Below are positions 10,408-19,357 of a stretch of 25,198 nucleotides of DNA, in pieces. Numbering within the stretch: the stretch's first letter is position 1; every line of letters starts with the position of its first letter. The position numbers and the translations under genes are program-made. Origin of the DNA: Paramicrosporidium saccamoebae KSL3 (Eukaryota > Fungi > Cryptomycota). The stretch covers positions 1 to 25,198 of the forward strand of contig MTSL01000175.1 of NCBI GenBank assembly GCA_002794465.1, written 5' to 3'. Under the pieces are notes generated by a model. The model was not told the DNA's origin and searched no databases. It saw nothing but the letters and a program-made list of their open reading frames with translations.

Positions 10408-10585
10408 TGACGTGCCACATACGTTAATAGACTCTTTATAGGGATCCATGACCGTAATTATACCATCTCATACTATCATCTCATACTTGTTGATTCATGG
10501 AACAGCAGTGGAAAGTCCTGGAAAGTTATCAAGGAATTGACCAATCAAGTACGACCATGTGTCCCGGTTGTTCCATTGGAACACG
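10408..10585 (+). promoter_or_regulatory. Candidate UPR/ER-stress elements upstream of BiP
   Basis: TGACGTG at 10408-10414 (bZIP/UPRE-like core) and ATTGGAACACG at 10575-10585 (1 mismatch to ERSE-II, ATTGG-N-CCACG). These are short motifs and could be chance matches. Confidence 0.3.
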
Positions 10586-10716
10586 TCTCGGATTCGCAGA
10601 AAGGCAATAAAAGGCACAGGGGTGGCCAAGTTGGACGACCTTCCACCGTTGGAGTCGACGACGTAGGCCTCCCATCCGTCGAGAAGAGTCATCCATCCTT
10701 CATTGTGTTTGTACAA

Positions 10717-12720
10717 ATGGGTTATTATTATTGGAAGAAGGCGTTATGCCAACTGGCCTGGACAGCAATGTCCGTACTCATGGCTCTGTCCATGACGGTG
10801 AATGCCGGCGCACCGAAGCCTGAGCGAGGAGCCACCATTGGTATCGACTTGGGAACAACTTATTCGTGCGTGGCTGTCTGGAAAGATGGACACATTGAAA
10901 TTGTCCCGAACAATCAAGGATTCCGTACCACTCCCTCCTGGGTAGCCTTCACCGATAGCGAGTTTCTCGTCGGTGACGCTGCCAAGAATCAAGTTGCGAT
11001 GAACCCCGAGCGTACCATCTATGACGCCAAGCGTATTATTGGACGTGGTTTTGATGAAGGAGTTAAGGGTGATATCAAGTACTGGCCGTTCAAGGTAGTC
11101 AACTCCGACGGAAAGCCCAAGATCTCCGTCTTGCGTGACGGAAAGACAAAACTCATGGCCCCTGAAGAGATTTCCGCACTCATTCTCGGCTACATGAAGG
11201 ATACCGCACAAGAGTACCTTGGAAGCCCCGTTACCCATGCCGTCATCACCGTCCCCGCCTACTTTAGCGACGCCCAACGTCAGGCCACCAAGGATGCCGG
11301 TGCCATTGCTGGACTCGTTGTAGAACGTGTCCTCAATGAGCCTACTGCCGCTGCCATGGCCTACGGATTGGACAAGAGCAAGAAGGAGCAAAAGGTCGTT
11401 GTCTTTGATTTTGGAGGTGGTACCTTTGACGTGTCCATGTTGACTATTGAGGATAACATTTACGAAGTCAAGGCCGTCAATGGTGACACTCATCTCGGAG
11501 GACAAGATTTGGATCTCATCCTTGTTGACCACTTCTTGGACATTATCAAGACTAAGCATGGAATTGACTTTAAGAAGGACGATAACAAGCGCGCAATGGC
11601 CAAACTGAGAGCTGAGGCTGAAAAGGTCAAGCGTACTCTCTCCACCAGCCTTGAGACCCGCGTGATTATTGACGGTTTCCTGAAGGGCGAAGATTTTATT
11701 TACTCCATCTCTCGCGCCAAGTTTGAAGAAATGTGCAAGCAGCTCTTCGCCAAGACCATGAAGCCCGTCGAAATGGCGCTGGCTGATGCCAAGTGGAAAA
11801 AGTCGGATGTTGACGAGATTATCCTGGTTGGTGGTTCCACCCGTATTCCCAAGGTTCAGGAGATGTTGCAAAAGTTCTTTGACGGAAAGAAGCTCAATCA
11901 GAGCGTCCATCCTGACGAGGCCGTTGCCTATGGTGCCGCTGTTCAGGCTGGTGTATTGAGTGGAGAGAAGAAGACAGAAGACGTGTTGGTTATCGACGTG
12001 ACTCCCCTTTCCCTCGGTATTGAGACTGTAAATGGAATCATGACTCACTTGATTGCTCGCAACTCTCAGGTGCCCACCAAGAAGACCCAGGTCTTCTCCA
12101 CTGCCGCCGACAACCAATCTTCTGTGGAGATTGTAGTCTACGAGGGAGAGCGTACCATGGCCAAGGACAATCACTTTTTGGGAAGCTTCCATCTTGGAGG
12201 AATCCCGTTGGCGCCCCGAGGCATGCCCCAGATTGAAGTCAGCTTTGAAATTGACGCCAATGGTATCTTGACCGTGGGTGCCCTCGAAAAGTCTACTGGT
12301 AAGTCCCAGTCCATCAACATTACTGCCGATAAGCAACGTCTCAGCAAGGAGGAGATTGAGCGCATGGTCGAGGAGGCCGAAAAGTTCCGCGCCTCTGACC
12401 AGGAGAAGAAGGAGAAGATTGAAGCGCGCACCAGCCTTGAGAACCTGTTGCACCAGATCTCCACTCAGTCAAAGGATGAGGATGGTTTTGGCAAGAAGTT
12501 GTCTTCTGAAGATAAGCAGGCCATCGCATCCTTGGTTGAGGAGAAGACCAAATGGATCGCAGAAAACCAAGAATCAGCCTCCAAGGAGGACTTTGAAGAG
12601 CAGGCTGCCGAGGTTGAAAAGGTGTATGGACCCATCCGCAACAAGGTGTTCCAAGACGGAGCTGCTGCTGGCGGACCGGAAGAATCTGAATCCAAGGCCG
12701 ACGACAAGGACGAACTTTAA
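10717..12720 (+). CDS. KAR2: ER-lumen Hsp70 chaperone BiP/Kar2
   Basis: Hsp70 signatures [22 protein letters not shown] and [12 protein letters not shown]; hydrophobic signal peptide after ATG 10717; C-terminal KDEL. The track start 10537 is a TTG extension. Confidence 0.96.
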   Translation: MGYYYWKKALCQLAWTAMSVLMALSMTVNAGAPKPERGATIGIDLGTTYSCVAVWKDGHIEIVPNNQGFRTTPSWVAFTDSEFLVGDAAKNQVAMNPERTIYDAKRIIGRGFDEGVKGDIKYWPFKVVNSDGKPKISVLRDGKTKLMAPEEISALILGYMKDTAQEYLGSPVTHAVITVPAYFSDAQRQATKDAGAIAGLVVERVLNEPTAAAMAYGLDKSKKEQKVVVFDFGGGTFDVSMLTIEDNIYEVKAVNGDTHLGGQDLDLILVDHFLDIIKTKHGIDFKKDDNKRAMAKLRAEAEKVKRTLSTSLETRVIIDGFLKGEDFIYSISRAKFEEMCKQLFAKTMKPVEMALADAKWKKSDVDEIILVGGSTRIPKVQEMLQKFFDGKKLNQSVHPDEAVAYGAAVQAGVLSGEKKTEDVLVIDVTPLSLGIETVNGIMTHLIARNSQVPTKKTQVFSTAADNQSSVEIVVYEGERTMAKDNHFLGSFHLGGIPLAPRGMPQIEVSFEIDANGILTVGALEKSTGKSQSINITADKQRLSKEEIERMVEEAEKFRASDQEKKEKIEARTSLENLLHQISTQSKDEDGFGKKLSSEDKQAIASLVEEKTKWIAENQESASKEDFEEQAAEVEKVYGPIRNKVFQDGAAAGGPEESESKADDKDEL

Positions 12721-13043
12721 GTTAAAGTCAATAAATTTACGAATTGTGAAATTTGTGGTGACTAGTAATGGAGAGGGGGGAGGGGAGGGGGTTGATTTTG
12801 AATTAGAAAGAAAGGATGATTTAGTGGGACACCAATTGTCTATATTTACAGCTGGTATAAGCGAAGATTGGGTAAGTTATAAAACGAGGCTGCTAATCAA
12901 TGAAATCAGCTCTCATTATTTCTGTACGTACGTAGGCTGTAATGACGTTGGCAAGTTCAGGCCAATAATTGGAGACCTATCACCGTGCATTTGGCCAATC
13001 AATTTAGAGAGGCCCTCCTACAGACTCACTCAACCGTCTCACA

Positions 13044-13733
13044 ATGAAGATTGGGCTAATAGTGTGCGATGAGCCATCAGAGCCATTATTAAGTAAGCAC
13101 GGAGATTACCCCAAATTCTTCGGCGCACTCCTCGGTCCCGACCACACCATTCATTCACACCACGTCTATCTTGGTGCTCCATTTCCCCCGCCCCATCTCT
13201 ATGACTGTCTTTTGATAACTGGTTCCCGACAGAGCGTTAATGATAACGTGCCCTGGATTCAGGCCGCCCTGGAATGGATTGCTGAACACTGGCGTGAGAC
13301 GGGCGTGCCCTTGGTGGGAGTGTGTTTCGGACATCAGTTGGTGGGACGTGCATTTGGCTCTGTGGTTGCACATTGCGACTGGGAGCTTGGCTACACCCTT
13401 GTTCACATGCAGGATGCTGGAAGGGCCATCTTTGGAGGTGATATGAGGATAAACTCGATCCACAAGGAACAGATCATGACGGCGCCACCCGGCTTTGAAA
13501 TAATCGGCGCAAGTGACAAGTGCAGTAATCAAGGCATGGTCAATCGCAAAAAGCGCATCATTACTCTGCAGGGACACCCTGAAGTCACGGCGGATTATAT
13601 CAGGGATCTGGCTGTACTACGACACAAAGGAGGAATCATATCTGATAGTGTACTTCAGCATGTCCATGACACCCACGATCTGCCAATTGACAATTTCGGT
13701 CCAGCGTTGATGGATTTTATCGCTCAACTCTAA
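13044..13733 (+). CDS. Class I glutamine amidotransferase-like protein (GATase1, YLR126C-like)
   Basis: LLITGS, nucleophile elbow GVCFGHQ and TLQGHPE give the Cys-His-Glu triad; standalone domain. Confidence 0.88.
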   Translation: MKIGLIVCDEPSEPLLSKHGDYPKFFGALLGPDHTIHSHHVYLGAPFPPPHLYDCLLITGSRQSVNDNVPWIQAALEWIAEHWRETGVPLVGVCFGHQLVGRAFGSVVAHCDWELGYTLVHMQDAGRAIFGGDMRINSIHKEQIMTAPPGFEIIGASDKCSNQGMVNRKKRIITLQGHPEVTADYIRDLAVLRHKGGIISDSVLQHVHDTHDLPIDNFGPALMDFIAQL

Positions 13734-14015
13734 TCAATCAATAATAAATGCCTATTGAACAGTATCCGCTTACGTTAGCAATCGTGATGGCTATCCCGGT
13801 ACGTTAAATGTGGTAGTCTATTGTGACGTAGAGGCAGAGGATTGGTTATTTGGGCATTTGTGTGCTAGAGTGGATCGCTTTGCTGGACATCTCAGGACAG
13901 CGAGATGTGTATCCATACTATTTATCTTCATTACGCGGCAAAGAAGCCATATACTTTAATAAAAGCGTGTCCACCCATCAACAAGGTCTTTACTTATTGC
14001 CTCGCAAAAAACTGC

Positions 14016-15105
14016 TTAAAAGGCCGGTACATTGGCGTTACTGATGACTTTTTGACAATATCCCATCAGATCCATGAGTTGAAGCATCTCATCCGCCCCA
14101 TCATGCAGCAAATAATCCTTCTTTGCAAAGCGTATCCCCAACATGGCCTTCCTCGCTGTTCCCAGAGTCGGATCTCCAGAAACCAATTCTCCCAGCTGTT
14201 TGACAAATTGCTGCACTGAATAGGCACCTCTGATGATTTCAGTGCGCACAAACTCCATCATGGATAGGGCGTCTTCGGTTTGGCAGAGCGAGTAGCCACG
14301 CTGGATTAGGACGTCTGGGATAATGCCGCTCAATTCGGAAAGGACGTTCATGCTGACGGGCAGACTTAACCGGTGTGCACTCTGCAAGAGTGTAATTGCC
14401 CTGCGTAAATCGCCGCCTGCAATGCGTAACAGTGTCAACAGAGTCTCATCGCCCTCCACTAGCTGGACACCTTCGATGGCGCAAATATCACGCACCTTGA
14501 CGAGACCGGCTAGCTCGTCAACCGGCCTAAATCTAAATTTTGCACAGCGACTTGTCAATGGCTCAATGATGCGACTGACATAGTTGCAGACGAGACAGAA
14601 TCGCGTGCCTTTGGAATACAATTCCATGACTCGACGGAGTGCCGTTTGCGCATCACCAGTCAGTGAGTCTGCCTCGTCCAGCAAAATCAGCTTAAAGGGA
14701 GGACACGGATAACCCGGCACTGTCTCTTTGGATGTCGTTTTGGCAAAGTTCTTGACCTTTTCGCGGATGACGTCAATGCCTCGTTCATCTGAGGCGTTTA
14801 ATTCGAGGAGGCGGGTGCGATAAAGTTGAGGGCCAAAGAGGTCTCGAGCGAGGGCAAGCACAGTGGAAGTCTTGCCTGTACCCGGGGGACCGTAGAATAA
14901 CATGTGCGGCAACTGCAATAATGAGTAGGGACCAATTCGATACATTTTCTGAAGTCAATGCTTTCTTCAAGACTGCCACGACCTCTGTCTGACTTGATAC
15001 ATCTCCAATTGTCTTGGGACGACTATAATCAGATACAACAGGCCATTGTTACTATTTCTCCACCCAGGGGATTTGACGGCTCTCAGCCGTCGCTGTCTGA
15101 ACCAT
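14016..15105 (-). CDS. RFC4: Replication factor C small subunit (RFC4 / yeast Rfc2); exons 15105-15053, 15022-14944, 14912-14016 (342 aa)
   Basis: Spliced N-terminus PWVEKY-RPK, then [17 protein letters not shown] (Walker A), [35 protein letters not shown] and SRCAKFRF (SRC motif). The YPCPPFK segment is typical of Rfc2/RFC4. Confidence 0.93.
14913..14943 (-). other. Spliceosomal intron, 31 nt (RFC4 intron 2)
   Basis: GTATCG...CTCATTATTGCAG; removal joins TSEN to LPHM. Confidence 0.88.
15023..15052 (-). other. Spliceosomal intron, 30 nt (RFC4 intron 1)
   Basis: GTAACA...CTGATTATAG; it splits the conserved EKY/RP motif. Confidence 0.9.
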
Positions 15106-15138
15106 TGGTTTAACTGCGATCAAATTATTTTTAAACCC
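15106..15138. promoter_or_regulatory. 33-bp divergent intergenic region (RFC4/DCP2), putative bidirectional promoter
   Basis: AT-rich gap between ATG 15105(-) and ATG 15139(+). Both starts are supported by conserved N-terminal protein motifs. Confidence 0.65.
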
Positions 15139-16061
15139 ATGGCCTCATTGGAAGAAGTGTTGGACGACCTCTGTGCGTAATGCTCCAAACCCATTTAATA
15201 AGATGTAGTCGGTTCCTGGTGAATCTACCTGCAGAGGAACTAAATTCCCAAAGCCGTCTCGGCTTCCAGTTCGAACAGGCTTTTTGGTTCTACGAGGACT
15301 TTTATCGCACTGCCAACCCCCAACGTCTTCCCAAATTAACTCTGAAGAGTTTTGGGGAACGTCTGATGAAGCACTGTCCGGTGCACCTTTCTCTGATTGG
15401 CAGGGACGGCGTTGCTGGGCTTATTGACGAATTCTATGAATATAAAGCGCATGTGCCCACCTGTGGGGCAATTATCCTGAATGATGATCTGAGCAAGTGT
15501 CTGATGGTGCGAGGCTTCTCCTCCAAGTCGACCTGGGGCTTTCCCAAGGGCAAGATTTCCAAGGACGAATTGCCCTCGGCTTGCGCCGTCCGCGAAGTGT
15601 ATGAGGAGACGGGTTTCGATGCTGCCCCGTATCTCCACGAAGAGTCCTTTATACAAGTGGCAAATAATGAACAGCCTATCCGACTATACATTATCCCTTC
15701 CATCCCCGAAAGCACCCATTTTGCCCCACTGACACGCCGCGAGATTAAAGACATTCAATGGCATCCGATCAAGGATTTCAAATGGGAAAAGGGCGGTCCG
15801 CATCGCTATTTCAATGTGATGCCCTTCATTGGACGTCTAAGACAATGGATCAAACAGTATAGGAGACAGCACGGGGAGACGGTGGAAGACGAGTCTGAGC
15901 TGGAGCGGCCACTGGAGATAGGGCCAGAGTGCAAGCCGCTAGAGGTGGAGCCCGTGTGCAGAGAGCTGATGGAACGTGTCAAGCTGAAATTGATGCCTCT
16001 AACCATGTTTATACTAGATCTAGACTCGTTGAAAGCTTCCTTCTCGAAAAATTATAAATAA
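15139..16061 (+). CDS. DCP2: mRNA decapping enzyme Dcp2; exons 15139-15176, 15209-16061 (296 aa)
   Basis: Spliced Box A LEEVLDDLCARFLVNLPAEEL...FQFEQAFWFYEDF and Nudix box WGFPKGKISKDELPSACAVREVYEETG. Confidence 0.94.
15177..15208 (+). other. Spliceosomal intron, 32 nt (DCP2)
   Basis: GTAATG...TTAATAAGATGTAG; removal restores DDLCARF. Confidence 0.9.
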
Positions 16062-16275
16062 ATTCGATTTGCCTGGTCCGTCAATGTAGCGAGAATGTAA
16101 AGCCTATACTAGCTGCCGGAGATATTTTCGGGAGGGTTTATTGACATGATTGTGAAAGTTCTATTTTATTGATATCATTGTGATGGTTTGATTCGCGGGT
16201 GGGCTCGTGTTCTTGATTCAGATATGCTTTGTCGTAGTAATGGAGACTCTTTCATTCCAGCTCTTGGCCCGTATT

Positions 16276-16375
16276 TACACATGAGCATGATATACCCTCT
16301 TACACATGAGCATGATATACTTTCTTACATATGAGCATGATATACTTTCTTACACATGAGCATGATATACTTTCT
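16276..16375. repeat. Minisatellite, 4 x 25 bp (TACACATGAGCATGATATACTTTCT)
   Basis: Copies start at 16276, 16301, 16326 and 16351; only 3 substitutions against the consensus in total; no spacers. Confidence 0.95.
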
Positions 16376-16465
16376 CACTTTCTCGCTTTCTCACATACTC
16401 ACTCGTTCACTAACATGATTTTATAATGAATATTAATTGGTTGATGATGTCCCGTTTGCATGTAA

Positions 16466-17914
16466 TCACGCCCAGTGAGCGTGCTTTCTGGAATGGTGAT
16501 GGGAATGCTTGCGAGATTTGCGAATGGGCTCCCCGCTGGAGGTACGACTCGATGAAGAGGACCATCCGTCGTCGTTTTGGTTCAATGATTTGGATTCAGA
16601 CGCTTTGGTCCATCTTGCCCCGCTGACCGCTTTAGATCTGGTCCCTTCAGTCCATCCGTCATTCTTGTTGCTGGACACTTCAGAAATAGACTCGCTGCTC
16701 CATCTTGTAGACTTCCTGGGCGACGATTTGGACTTGGATCTCCTGGTCTCGCCTTGGCTGCTCTTCTTTGATGATTTAGATCTTACATGGCGAGGTGCTT
16801 CCGACGTCGTACTCTTACCGGCCACCTTAGCATTGCCGCTCTCTAGCCAGGGACAGGTCTTGTCGCCCCGCACAATCGGCTCTCCCAAGAACCAAGGACA
16901 GTTGGCAGCGTGCTCCTTGAGCCATGCGCAGTTTTCCAGAGATTCTGGGTTCTTTAAGGGACAATTACCGACAGTGCTTACAGGCAATCCAGCGGCCCAG
17001 GGGCATTTTCCGTACTCGACTTCACCGTCCTGGTCCAGGTAGGGGCAGGAAGCGTGGGTTCCAGTCTCGCGGCTGTCGCTTTGGGCCTTGGCACGAGGAA
17101 GGTTGGTTTTAACTTTGTTATTCTTGGCATTGAGGCTCTTGATTGCTTTAATCGCCAAATCCGCCTTGGAATTCAATTGGAGGGCCATAATACCGAGCTG
17201 TTTAGTGATCTCCAAGACGCGAGAGGCAACTGGACCTAGACCTGCATACGCTCCCACCACGTTCAAAAGAATCTGCAAGACGGCAAAGACACGTCCGGGT
17301 TCGATGGGCAGACTGACCAGCTTTTTAATGGCTCTCATGATGGCCGCCTTTGCCACGGTGGCGAGTTGACGGAGGGTCAATTTGGTGAGATGCAAGAGTC
17401 TGGTGAAGCCGCGGATGGATGTCTGGAAGGTGGCTGCAGAGAGAGCAAACACGGGGTTGAGGTAGCTGTAGAGCCTAGTGGGAACCTTGGCCACAATCAC
17501 ATCCGTCTTATCTCCGGCGGTGAGAGGGGTAAGTATTCCCAGGGAGACGAAGAGGGTCTCTAGCTTGTCCTCCATCAATGTCTTGTCCTTCAGCGTCTTC
17601 CTGACAGAGCTGAGGAATTCTCCATCAAAGAGCGACTTGATGGCTCCATTTAACAGAATTTGCTGCACCTGCTCCGGAGTGATCGTCTTGAAGAACTCTA
17701 GGGGCAGTGACATCACCTCCATTGGAGTTTCGACTTTGCTAAAGTTTAGCTTGCTCAGTGACTCTTCAGTAGGATTGGCATCTCCAATACAGCGGCCCAG
17801 GTCTTGGACACTGAGGTTCTCTACTAGCGGAAGATTCAGAGCCTGGTTTTGGTAGTATAATTTCGCCTGCGTAACCGCGGCAAAGCCGGCAATGAGCAAT
17901 GATCCGATTATCAT
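16466..17914 (-). CDS. Putative secreted protein, unknown family, paralogue 1 (482 aa; Cys-Pro-Trp repeats; S/R/K/H-rich tail)
   Basis: Intronless ORF with signal-peptide-like MIIGSLLIAGFAAVTQA; shares motif blocks with the two adjacent ORFs. Confidence 0.8.
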   Translation of the reverse strand: MIIGSLLIAGFAAVTQAKLYYQNQALNLPLVENLSVQDLGRCIGDANPTEESLSKLNFSKVETPMEVMSLPLEFFKTITPEQVQQILLNGAIKSLFDGEFLSSVRKTLKDKTLMEDKLETLFVSLGILTPLTAGDKTDVIVAKVPTRLYSYLNPVFALSAATFQTSIRGFTRLLHLTKLTLRQLATVAKAAIMRAIKKLVSLPIEPGRVFAVLQILLNVVGAYAGLGPVASRVLEITKQLGIMALQLNSKADLAIKAIKSLNAKNNKVKTNLPRAKAQSDSRETGTHASCPYLDQDGEVEYGKCPWAAGLPVSTVGNCPLKNPESLENCAWLKEHAANCPWFLGEPIVRGDKTCPWLESGNAKVAGKSTTSEAPRHVRSKSSKKSSQGETRRSKSKSSPRKSTRWSSESISEVSSNKNDGWTEGTRSKAVSGARWTKASESKSLNQNDDGWSSSSSRTSSGEPIRKSRKHSHHHSRKHAHWA

Positions 17915-18104
17915 GGCTTCTACCGACGAGGAATAGGTGATGGAAGCCGCTTAAATTGATCTTGTGTGTAATATCCCAAAATAACTAAATTGCTCCGCCT
18001 CACGGTCTTAATACTCCAAATAAGGCAAGATCTTATATTTACGAAAAGTAACAATGAATGATGTTTATTGAATTATGTGGGGACTAAGTCATGCCCAATG
18101 CTTA

Positions 18105-19172
18105 TTATTGAACACTCTCGATGGAGGGGAATATGGTTTTTTTGGGGGCCAAAGACTTGAGCTCATAGGTGAAGGAGCTCTGATTAGCACTTTCTTGGTT
18201 AGAGCTGAAGCGTCTTGACGCACGATGGCTGCGACGACTGTGGTGCTTTGATCCATGACGACCGTGACGCTTCGATCCACGACTGCGACGCTCCGATTCA
18301 ACTTCAGTCTCGCTTTCTGATACACTGTCAAACTTGTTCCTTTTGGCTTTTAGGGTATTCTGCTTGATCAGATTATCAAGTTGCAACTTGTTCCAGGCCA
18401 CCTTGACCATGAGGTTCTTTTGCGAAAGCGCGTTGGAAATCATGGCAATTTCGTTAGAGAGTTCTGCTGAACGGCTTCCTAGGATGGACGCAAGTTGGGG
18501 ATACTTGGAGAGCACCTCGAGAATAATCTTGGATGCCGCAAATGCGCGGTTGGGGCCTCTGGCAAGTTTCTTTAGAGCCTTCAACATTTTTCCGATAAAT
18601 GATCGGAGGCGGGAGCCAAGAGTGCTGAGTACTTTTCGAGAGAGACCAAGGAGCCGCGAATAGTTCTTAATGGTTGGCTTGAAGCTGTCCGAGGTGAGGA
18701 CAGTTAGCACGGGGAGATGCTGGTATTGGCTAGGTGGAATCTTGGACACTATGAGATCCAGACTCGTCTCCAGCTTGGACGGCGTCAACTCCTTCAATCT
18801 CCCATTGATTTCCTTGACCTTTTGTTCCATGACCTTGGGCTGTTCCAGACCGCTTGTCTTGTGGTACTTGCCCGAAATGACGCCCTTCAATTTGTCGTTC
18901 AGGATCATCTCTTGCAATTGCTCATCCGTCATGTAGTTTCGGAAAAAGGCCAGAGGCAATCTGAACACTTCCATGGGATCAACCGCATGGTCAAAGCGCA
19001 TTAGAGACAGGTCGCTCACTGCCAGTCCCGATTTGAAGAGCAGCGGATAGAGCTTAGTATCGGGAAAGTCTTCAATTTCGGGAAGCTCGACGAGAATGTC
19101 GTCGTGGCCCTTGGGGATGTAGAGTTCAGCAGTAGCGACACTGGCGAGAAGTAGTACTTTGGAGATGATCAT
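18105..19172 (-). CDS. Putative secreted protein, unknown family, paralogue 2 (355 aa)
   Basis: Signal-peptide-like MIISKVLLLASVATA; motif PMEVFRLPLAFF...EQLQEMILN; R/H/S-rich tail; AATAAA just downstream of the stop. Confidence 0.8.
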   Translation of the reverse strand: MIISKVLLLASVATAELYIPKGHDDILVELPEIEDFPDTKLYPLLFKSGLAVSDLSLMRFDHAVDPMEVFRLPLAFFRNYMTDEQLQEMILNDKLKGVISGKYHKTSGLEQPKVMEQKVKEINGRLKELTPSKLETSLDLIVSKIPPSQYQHLPVLTVLTSDSFKPTIKNYSRLLGLSRKVLSTLGSRLRSFIGKMLKALKKLARGPNRAFAASKIILEVLSKYPQLASILGSRSAELSNEIAMISNALSQKNLMVKVAWNKLQLDNLIKQNTLKAKRNKFDSVSESETEVESERRSRGSKRHGRHGSKHHSRRSHRASRRFSSNQESANQSSFTYELKSLAPKKTIFPSIESVQ

Positions 19173-19357
19173 GTCGATATACTCACTTGTAACGTATGGG
19201 ACTTATTAAACCGGTCTAATAATCCGTTTCCGGTCCATAGTGCTGCCACACTATATCGTATTTGGAGGGAGATGATGAAATCATGAATTCCCATAGTCAA
19301 GGTTAATGCTGTTTATTCATGCAGATACTAATAAAGATGCTGTGCTGGAACTATGCT

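Noticed and set aside
10744-12453. 569-aa ORF antisense to BiP
   Set aside because: Long antisense ORFs on Hsp70 genes are a well-known by-product of codon bias in highly expressed genes. It is the mirror frame of BiP and has no independent protein motifs.
12770-12791. G-rich tract downstream of BiP as a G-quadruplex
   Set aside because: There are only three long G-runs; simple low-complexity sequence is an adequate explanation.
12278-13072. 264-aa plus-strand ORF overlapping the BiP 3' end, and the many other short overlapping track ORFs
   Set aside because: They are alternate-frame or antisense shadows of well-supported genes, with no motifs of their own.
13044-13733. Horizontal transfer of the intronless GATase1 gene
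   Set aside because: Standalone GATase1 proteins are widespread in fungi, and many native genes here are also intronless. It cannot be claimed without a phylogeny.
16276-16375. 25-bp repeats as a CRISPR array
   Set aside because: The copies are head-to-tail with no unique spacers, there are no cas genes, and the context is eukaryotic.
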